NCBI GenBank assembly: GCA_002718715.1
Contig: PBFJ01000014.1
Span: 12,447-76,446, forward strand
DNA length: 64,000 nt
Source: a bacterium
GTDB taxonomy: Bacteria; Patescibacteriota; Gracilibacteria; UBA1369; GCA-2718715
Direction of reading: 5' to 3'
The position numbers were made by a program, and so were the translations under genes. The notes under the pieces are model-generated. The model saw only the letters and a list, made by a program, of their open reading frames with translations. It was not told the origin of the DNA and did not search any database. The stretch's first letter is position 1; each line of letters opens with the position of its first letter. This document shows positions 1-9,100 of the stretch, in pieces.

Positions 1-49
1 TGCAAATTTTTACTAAAAATGTTATAATTAAAGGAATTTAACCCATACA

Positions 50-418
50 ATGAAGTCTAGAGTTGAAATGCAACAGTTTTTGATTTCAGAAGTTCAGAAG
101 CAATTTGAAGCCCAAAAAATTTCGGTGGTAGAATTGGCTGAGATTTTGTATATGATTTCAAAAGCCGATGATTCGGAAGAATTTGTGCTGATTTTGGATT
201 TGTTTAAGGATAAATTTGATGTGTTTTTTGCTATCCTAGATAGCTTGAAAATTGAAGATCAAGAAACTTTTGAAGAAGTGATTACAAAAATCATTCCTTT
301 GATTATAAAAGATGATCCCCTTTTGGCATCCCAAGTTTCTAGCCGAGCTACCCAAAGCGGGGTTACAATGGAATCATTAGTAAATGAATTCCCGAACATT
401 AAAAAATATTTAAATTAA
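50..418 (+). CDS. Small acidic helical hypothetical protein (122 aa); probable paralog of 10890-11261
   Basis: ORF with TGnTATAAT about 22 bp upstream; ungapped hydrophobic-pattern alignment with 10890-11261; 5 bp before the next gene. Confidence 0.75.
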   Translation: MKSRVEMQQFLISEVQKQFEAQKISVVELAEILYMISKADDSEEFVLILDLFKDKFDVFFAILDSLKIEDQETFEEVITKIIPLIIKDDPLLASQVSSRATQSGVTMESLVNEFPNIKKYLN

Positions 419-423
419 TTATT

Positions 424-2595
424 ATGGTTAAAAATGCACAATTAGGATCAATGCTATCTGCAGAGCAGGAGAAAAGCTTAAAACAGCAAACAATTGGAGC
501 TGTTAAAACTGATTTAACTGATTCTCCAGAGCTTATTGGTAAAGTAGATAAAATGCTTTCGTATCTAAGCACAAAAACAAATAGAGATAAGGAATCAGTT
601 TTGAGAACCACAGATAATGAAAAGATGGAAAGAGGTATGAGAACTGTAAAGTCTAAAACATCAAGTTTAGGGGATGGTCAAGATGAATATGAAAAATTAA
701 GTGGTGCTGACTCGCCTTTTACAAATCTTGTTGGAATATTAAGTGGTTTTGCTAAAGAAAACTTTGAAGGTGATGCATCTGAAGCTGCAAAAAAAAGATT
801 GTTTAATTTTGTGGCTGCAGATATTGCAAAAGCTATTACTGAGCATATCGAAGATATCAAGAAAGACTTCAATGATAAAGTTAATGCCATAAATAATGAT
901 GATTTAAAAACTTTTCTTCAAGGTGACTTTTTAATAGGTAAAACTGAATTCGACCATAATGGTAAAACTTACAGCTTAACAAGATCGGAAGAGTTTGAAA
1001 AATTGTTTAGTAAATTTAAAATTACTGATACTGAAACTCAAGCGGTGATTGAAAAAATGGCGATTTTGTTAGATATGAAAGATGATTTCAATAGTAATAA
1101 CGGGGTTATTAGGTTTAATTCAAGTGAAATCATGACTCTTGAGGAAAGAAGAGAGAGATACATTGTGGAAGATGGAGTTTTATATGACATCAATGTTAAA
1201 AATGATTTAAGTGTAGAAAAGGCTGATGTAATAAACCTTCAAAGTGAAGAATATGCTGATTTAGTAAGTGACTTTGCTAATGGCAAATTAAGCTTGGCAT
1301 CAAATCCTAATTTAAAAGGTTTTTTAGATGATCAAGTTGATGCAATTCGACAAAGTCAAGAATTTAAAAATGTAATTAATTACAAATTTGAATCAAAGGA
1401 TAGTTATACTGTAAATAAAAATAATTTTTTAAAGAAAGTTTCTGACAGTATTAATGCGTTATCTAGTGCTACTGAAACTAAGGATAAGGCAGCTTATGCT
1501 TTGATATGTAAAAAATTTAATATAAAGCCAGATGAAAAAGAGGCAAAAGAAGAGCTTTCAAAAAAAATTCAAGATTATTATTTAAGTGTTGTGGTGCCAT
1601 ATGATGAAGAGGCTGAAACAGACGATGTGCAGGGGCACTTGGATAAATTTTTAAAAAAAGGAAATAAATTTACAACTTTTTTATTTGAAGGTTCAAAGAA
1701 AGAAGAACAAAATCACTTAATAAGTTATTTAGAAGCTAAGCAAAATCAGATTCGACATAAACTTGCAAAAAAGTATGCCGATTTAGATTTAAGTGAACCG
1801 AAAAATTTTAATAATTTTAGAAATGAACTGATGGATGAGATCATTGCTGCTAGAACTGAAGTTTATCAAAGAAAAGAAGAGATGATGAAAGATAATTTTG
1901 CGTTAAAATACACGAAAATGTTTTTCAAAAACAAATGGATTCAAAGAACTATGTTTGCCGGAGCAGCTTTTGCTAGTTTGCCAGCTTTAGCAAGTATTGG
2001 TGTAGCTGCCGCTACTGGTGGAGGTGTGGCTGCGGCTACTGGTATTTGGGGGGCAGCAAATTCGGCTTATGCAGCTTCTACTGGTATTATTGGAACAACT
2101 TCAGCACTTGGTTTACTTGGAACAGGAGGTGTTGCTGGTGGGATCGCTGGTGGAATACTTTCTAAACTCTCTAGTTTTGGGGCTGATAAGTATAAAAAGA
2201 ATAAATTAATCTGGGGTAAAAAAAGACCATCTGCAATGATTGGTAGCGATTTAAGAAAATCGTTAATGTCTAAGATTACTTATAATCCAAATGGAGATTT
2301 TGAAACTGTTATTGGACATGCTTTTTCGGAAACACAAGATTTACTTTCAGATGAAATGATGGAAATTAAGTATGCTAAAAGTATTCCGGGTAAAATTGTC
2401 AGTGAAAACGTTTTAATTCCTTTTATGAAAAGTAAATTTATTAAGACTATGTTGCCTACGTTTGGTTGTACAGCAATGCTGGGAGCTGGTGCGGCTGCCT
2501 TGCCAGCTGCTGTTGCACTTGGTGGAATTATGCAAGCTAAGAAAACTCTATTTGGGGGCGATGATCAAAATTCTTCTCAACCTATTCCAGTTTAA
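424..2595 (+). CDS. 723-aa hypothetical protein: charged helical N-terminal region plus two Gly/Ala-rich hydrophobic (glycine-zipper-like) C-terminal segments
   Basis: Long ORF; segments AGAAFASLPALASIGVAAATGGGVAAATG...GGVAGGIAGGIL and AMLGAGAAALPAAVALGGIM; no N-terminal signal peptide. Confidence 0.8.
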   Translation: MVKNAQLGSMLSAEQEKSLKQQTIGAVKTDLTDSPELIGKVDKMLSYLSTKTNRDKESVLRTTDNEKMERGMRTVKSKTSSLGDGQDEYEKLSGADSPFTNLVGILSGFAKENFEGDASEAAKKRLFNFVAADIAKAITEHIEDIKKDFNDKVNAINNDDLKTFLQGDFLIGKTEFDHNGKTYSLTRSEEFEKLFSKFKITDTETQAVIEKMAILLDMKDDFNSNNGVIRFNSSEIMTLEERRERYIVEDGVLYDINVKNDLSVEKADVINLQSEEYADLVSDFANGKLSLASNPNLKGFLDDQVDAIRQSQEFKNVINYKFESKDSYTVNKNNFLKKVSDSINALSSATETKDKAAYALICKKFNIKPDEKEAKEELSKKIQDYYLSVVVPYDEEAETDDVQGHLDKFLKKGNKFTTFLFEGSKKEEQNHLISYLEAKQNQIRHKLAKKYADLDLSEPKNFNNFRNELMDEIIAARTEVYQRKEEMMKDNFALKYTKMFFKNKWIQRTMFAGAAFASLPALASIGVAAATGGGVAAATGIWGAANSAYAASTGIIGTTSALGLLGTGGVAGGIAGGILSKLSSFGADKYKKNKLIWGKKRPSAMIGSDLRKSLMSKITYNPNGDFETVIGHAFSETQDLLSDEMMEIKYAKSIPGKIVSENVLIPFMKSKFIKTMLPTFGCTAMLGAGAAALPAAVALGGIMQAKKTLFGGDDQNSSQPIPV

Positions 2596-2652
2596 AAAAA
2601 TTATTTTTTTAAGCTATAATAAATATAACTATAATAATTTAACCTTTAATAT

Positions 2653-3024
2653 ATGAATCAAGAAAATACAAATTTAACTCCTTTATTGAAAGAAATTTAT
2701 CAAAATCTATTTCAAGAATTAGGTGTAGATGAAATGGGTGAGGATGTAAAAGATAAAGTAACAGATACCCTTGAAAAACTTGCAATGAGTAAGTTTAAAC
2801 TAGTGATTTTGGAACTTTTTGCAGATAAACCAGAAGTAATCCAAGCTTTAACAGAAGTTTCAGATATGAAAGCTTTAGAGGAACTTTCAAGTCAATATGA
2901 TTTTAATCCTCAAGCTTTAATGAATGCTTGCTTTAATGAAGCTAAGTTGGAACTTGCAAAAGACATTGCTTTTATTCAAGGTAGCTTGTCGGCTCTTAAA
3001 AAAGAAGTTGGAGCTGATGAATAA
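2653..3024 (+). CDS. Small acidic protein, DUF5663-like (family common in CPR)
   Basis: LFQELGVDEMGEDVKDKVTDTLEKL resembles the DUF5663 consensus as I recall it; not searched. Confidence 0.55.
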   Translation: MNQENTNLTPLLKEIYQNLFQELGVDEMGEDVKDKVTDTLEKLAMSKFKLVILELFADKPEVIQALTEVSDMKALEELSSQYDFNPQALMNACFNEAKLELAKDIAFIQGSLSALKKEVGADE

Positions 3025-3055
3025 ATAAGTTCTTATATTTACTAAGATATATCTT

Positions 3056-3086
3056 AAAAGCCAAGACATAAAGTCTTGGCTTTTTT
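3056..3086. terminator. Bidirectional intrinsic terminator between convergent operons
   Basis: AAAAGCCAAGAC-ATAAA-GTCTTGGCTTTTTT. Confidence 0.85.
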
Positions 3087-3137
3087 AGTTTATAATTACC
3101 ACTTTACCCGCAGTACTTAGACCAGCTTTGATACGGC

Positions 3138-6100
3138 TTAATCTTCTGATTTTACAATGGAGTATAAAGTTCCTCCTCCTTCTTTATTTTCGGTGATTTT
3201 ATAGCCATCTGGAAGATTGTCTTCAGCAGGTGCTCCTGTTAAATTAGTTAATTTCGTCTTATCATCTAAAATAGCTCCGCTTAAATTAGCTCCTGCTAAA
3301 TTGGCTCCGTAAAATTTGGCTCCTGTTAAATCTACTCCTTTTAAATCGGCTCCTTTTAAATCTGCTCCTTCTAAATTTAAGTTTGGACCTATTATGGTGT
3401 AATAAAATATTCCGTTAATTCTTCGCCTCCCCCCCCAGTAGACTTCTGGAACGTTTTTGGGTCTACCTATAAAATTTACTAGTCTTGTATGTTCTAACTT
3501 AGTGTTAGTTAGATCAACACCTTCTAAGTTGGCTCCTGTTAAATCTACTCCTTTTAAATCGGCTCCTTCTAAAATGGCTCCTTCTAACTTGGCTCCTTCT
3601 AAAATGGCTCCTTCTAACTTGGCTCCGCTTAAATTGGCTCCGCTTAAATTAGCTCTGTATAACCTGGCTCTTTCTAAAATGGCTCCTTCTAACTTGGCTT
3701 CGCTTAAATCCGCTCTGTGTAACCTGGCTCTTTCTAAAATGGCTCCTTTTAAGATGGCTCCTTCTAAGTTGGCTCTGTAAAACCTGGCTCCTTCTAAATT
3801 GGCTCCGCTTAAATTGGCTCCTTTTAGGTTGCATCTTTCTAAAATGGCTCCTTCTAACTTGGCTCCGCTTAAATTGGCTCCGCTTAAATTGGATCCTTCT
3901 AAATTGACTCCTTCTAAATTGGCTCCGCTTAAATTGGCTCCTTTTAAAACAAGATACGGGCCTACTATTGTATAAAGTTTTTTACCATCTACTTCTCTTT
4001 CAATAACTTGATATCCTTCTGGAATGTTTTTGGGTGGAGCTATTAAATCTACTAGTCTTGTAAGTTCTAACTTAGTGTTACTTAGATCAACACCTTCTAA
4101 GTTGGCTCCTTCTAAATTGACTCCTTCTAAATTGGCTCCTTCTAACTTAACACCTCTTAAATCTGCTCCTGCTAAATCTGATTGTGATAGATTAGAATTT
4201 CTTAAATCAGAGTTTGTAAAATTAGCTTCTCTCAATAAATTTTTACTTAGATCTGTATGGTTTAGTAATGAGTTTGAAAAATCAGTATCTTTTAAAGACA
4301 AATAGCTCATAACTAAATTTCTCAGATCTAAATTAGTTAAATTTTTACCTTGGAATGCACTTACATTAACTTCACCAATTAATTTGATATTTTCAGTTAA
4401 TTGATTAGGTTTTTTCTTTGATATTATTGGAAGTAGTGGTTTTTTAAAAGATTGAAGCTTTTCTATAATTTCACCTGATCTATCGTCATCTTGGGATTCA
4501 TTTGATTTAGTTTCTAAATCGATCCAGATTTCTTGAGCTGCAGAGTATAAATCATATAAATCACTTTGATTTTCTTGAGATGGAGATTCATTAAGTGAAT
4601 TTGGAGGTGAATCCTGCTGCTGGATTTGTCTTTCTATTTCAACAGATTCTGAATTTTCCTTTGGTATTTGATCTGTATTTACTTCTTGTGATTGAGGTTC
4701 TGGTGGTACAGATGCTGGTTGAAGATTTACATTTTCTTGATTTAAATCTAATGGAATATCTTGGATTTGAGATGGCTGAGGTTGCTCAATAACTTCTTCA
4801 CCTGATCCTTCTGGAACGCTTTCTGCTTGTGAATCTGTTTCTAGCACTTGAGGTTCTACATATGTTGAAGGAGTTTGGGTTTCTTTTGTTGTATTTAAAT
4901 TTTGATTTTGATCTATATCTAAGGGTTGATCTTGTGTTTGTTGATCTTGAGATTCAGTTAATTGAATATTAAAAGTTCCATCTTTATTCGATTGAATTTC
5001 GTAACCTTCTGGTAGCTTATCTTTATCAGGAACTCCTGTTAAATTAGTTAATTTCGTCTTATCATCTAAAATAGCTCCGCTTAAATTAGCTCCTGCTAAA
5101 TTGGCTCCGTAAAATTTGGCTCCTTTTAAATCTACTCCTTTTAAATCGGCTCCTTTTAAATCTGCTCCGGTTAAAATTAACTTTGGGCCTACTATTGTAT
5201 AAAGTTTTTTACCATCTACTTCTCTTTCAATAACTTGATATCCTTCTGGAAGGGTCTCTTTAATTGGTACTCCTGTTAAATCTACTAAGGTGGCAAAGTC
5301 TAAATACGCTCCGCTTAAATCGGCTCCTCTTAAATCGGCTCCTCTTAAAATAGCAAATAATAACGTCGATCCTCTTAAATTAGCTCCTTGCAATTTGGCT
5401 CCTTTCAAATTGGCTCCTGATAAATCCGCTCCTGATAAATCCGATCCTGACAAATCCGATCCTTCTAAATTGGTTTGGAATAAACGTACTCCTGGGCCTA
5501 TTATCGCATACAATGTCTTCTCTTTCTTCTCTTTTTTCTTGTATTCAATAACTTGATACCCTCTTGGAAGCTTTTCTTTATTTGGCGCTCCTTCTAAATC
5601 AAATAAACTAGCACGCTCTAACTTGGCTCCTTCTAATTTCGCTCCGCTTAAATCCGCTCCTTCTAAGTTCGCTCCTTCCATTTCTACATTTTGTAAGATT
5701 GCTCCTCTTAAATCGGCTCCTGATAAATCGGCATCTTTTAAATTGGCTCCATGAAATATGGCTCCTTGCAATTTGGCTTCTTGCAATTTGGCTCTGCTTA
5801 AATTGGCTCCATAAAATATGGCTCCTTGCAATTTGGCTTTTTGCAATTTGGCTCTGCTTAAATCTAAATTTGGGCCTACTATTGTATAAAGAGTCTTACC
5901 ATCTTCTGTTCTTTCAATAACTTGATATCCTTTTGGGATGTATTCCGGTATATATTCTGAATCTACAAATCTTTGTAATGGAGCTTTACTTGTTTTTAGA
6001 TTTTCTTCATTACTTATGGTTTCTATCTCAGTATTATTTTTAGATGTTTGAGCTTCATTAATAAGTTCTGGATCTTGTATTTCTGAAGCGTTTTCTGGGG

Positions 6101-9100
6101 TATTTACTTGATCTGGAGCCTCTTGTGTTTGTTGATCTTGAGATTCAGTTAATTGAATATTAAAAGTTCCATTACTATTTTCGTGAACTTTGTAACCATC
6201 TGGTAGTTTATCTTCTTCTGGAACTCCTATTAAGTTAACAAGTTTAGAATTTGTTAACTTGGCTCTTGTTAAATTGGCATTTGTTAAATCAGCTCCGGAC
6301 AAGTTAGCATTTGTTAAATCTGCTTCTTCTAACTTTGCTCCTGTTAAATTAGTATTTCTTAAATCAGCTCCTTCTAAATTAGCATTTGTTAAATCTGCTC
6401 CTTCTAATTTGGTATAGCTAAGAATTGCGTAGCTTAGATCTGAATTGCTAAAATTTGCATTTGTTAAATCCTGCTTTCTAAGATGTGCTCTCCTTAGATT
6501 TGCTTTTTCTGTAGCAGTTTTTTTAAATATATCTTTAATTTCATCATCTCTTAAGATCGGGGAAATATCGATATGATTATCATTATTGGATTCTAATGAT
6601 TCTGAAATCTCCAATGTTAGATTGGCTCCTTCTAGATTGGCTCCTTCTAAATTAGCATTTGTTAAATCTGCTCCTGCTAAATTAGCATTTCTTAAATCAG
6701 CTCCTGCTAAATTGGCACTTCTTAAATCAGCTCCCGCTAAATTGGCATTTCTTAAATCAGCGTATAACAAGCTGGTACCCTGTAAGTTGGCTCCTTTTAA
6801 ACTGGCATTTCTTAAATCAGCGTATAACAAGTTGGCTCCTCCTAAGTTTGCTTCCTCTAACTTAGCGAATATCAGATTACTTCTGGATAAGTTTGCTTGT
6901 CTTAAATCAGAATTTTCAAATTCTGCATAATATAAATCACATGAAGATACATTTGCCCCAATTAAAGATGTGTTTTTAAATTCGCAATTAGATAAGATTG
7001 AGCCTTCAAAATTGATATAATCTAAACCTAATTTATTGAATTCAACTGATTCTGCCTTGATATTTTCACAGTTTAAAGCTTTTCCTACAACTAAATAAAG
7101 TGATTGATGACCATCCGTACCTTCATTAATAGTAATTAAGGTATTGGGAGAGAGATCTAAATTAAGGCGTGGATCTGCATAAAAATAATTTCTAGAGCCA
7201 GTTAGGTTAAGACCTGGACCAATTAAAGTCTTATCAACACGGAAAAATCCATTTGGAATAGTACATCTATTATCAAACTCAGCGTTTGAAATTTTAGATC
7301 CAATAAAGTTTGAATTAGAAAGATTGCATTCTTCAAAAATTGCATTTTGAAAATCTATTGGTGAATTTTGAATTGCTATATTTCCTTTGAATGTAGGGTT
7401 ATCCTTAAATAAAATATCACTAGAGTTTATAATACTGGCATTTTCTACTGTTTTTAAAGATGGAAAATTAATATTGCTAGAGTTTATAATACTGGCATTT
7501 TCTACTGTTTCTAAATATGGAAAATTAATATTTGTTTTAGAGTTTTCAATATTTAATTTTTTCAAACTTTTAAGATTTTCTAAATCAAGAGTACAGCTTA
7601 AAGTAGCTTTTAAAATAAATGAATTTAAATGTTCATCTTTAAAAATTATAGTACCTTTAAAATCCCTGAAGGCTTCCTTGTTTTTAGCTACACTTGCGTA
7701 TGAAATATGAATATTTGAATATTTATTTATATTTTCATAATCAATAACTTCTGATTCAGCATCTATAATTGTATCATTTTGAGGTTCATCTTCTTCAAAT
7801 TGTAAGTTTCTTTCACCTAGAAGGGTAAAACTGTTTGGAAGGTCAATATTGAATTTATCTTTTAATAGTTTATGCGTAAGAAAATCTATATTAGTTGGTT
7901 CTGAGAATAATTTAAATAATTCGTTGACTCTTAGTAGTGCAAAATTATATTGAACTTGCTGATTTTCTTGAGTGTAGTCAATTGTACTAGAGATGATTTT
8001 ATGAAAATTAATATATTCTCGAAGAGTGATTGGATATTTGTGATACTTAATATATGAAATAATTAAAGGGTCTTCAAATATACTTTTACACACGTTGGTG
8101 TGAATTTGATCCTTAGAGAGTTGATTTATAGTTCCTAAATTAGGATGTTTTTGCAATAAGAAAAGTTGGTTTGTAAGAGAAAAATTTAAACCTTGTACAT
8201 TAAGAGTTCTTATAGATTTTGGAAGAGTATTCAGCAAATAGCTTGAAAGTAATTTTAGTTGTTCTTCAGACAAAGAGCTAGCCTCTAATTCTAAATCTTG
8301 AATATTTGTAAATTCTAGATTGAAAAAATTGCTTAAATTATCCTCTGTAAGGCTTAATTTTACCTGTCTTTCTTCGATTTTGTGTTTTGTATCAAGTTTA
8401 TGTAAAACACTTTGTAAATTAATTCCCATTATATTACTTCTGGTAAAAGATGTAGTATGATCCCCAACTACATTTATCTTTTCAAGTTTGGGGTTGTTGT
8501 AAAATATTAAGGCTGCTTGCGCATCAATTTCTTGGTCTGGTTTAATATTTAAGACCGAGTTTTTTATGCCTTTAATATTTGAAATGTCATCATTATGGAC
8601 TTCTAAAATCAAGTTGTCGAAAATCTGATGATTACGAAGGGGTAAATGCTTTAAAAAATGAGTTGAAATATTGTGAGGTAAAATTTCAGTCTTGTTAGGA
8701 TCTTTAATTTTATAACAAGAATGAAAGTGATAACGTAAATCAGGAATATTAAAAAATTGATCTACTAAATCTGCATTTGATTCGAAAACTTTAATCAATG
8801 TATTGAAATCATCGAAAGTTTGAAAGTATTCCATGAAGATATGGTTTGCTTCATAAGAAAAACCCGCGTATTTTTTACCATCTTTTTTATACTTTATGTT
8901 TACCTTTTCGGTAGGTCCAATGTATTTATGAGACGTAGTATTAAAAAAATCGAGCGGTTCAAATTCTTTTGGATGATTTACGTGAAGGTCGATTTCAGGA
9001 TAATTTTTAAGATATCCATGTAAGTATGACAAATCAATATTCACTAATTGGGGGATACCCTTTTTAAAGGTAATGTGCTTAGATCCATAAATTTTAGATT

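Noticed and set aside
3233..5250. Repeat pairs as a DGR template/variable pair
   Set aside because: The copies are identical or differ at one position, all lie inside the same ORF, and no reverse transcriptase is in the window.
3457..7710. Plus-strand ORFs with APSKLAP repeats, and 15-bp periodic DNA that could suggest a CRISPR or satellite array
   Set aside because: Antisense shadows of the pentapeptide codons; there is no constant repeat with unique spacers and no cas gene.
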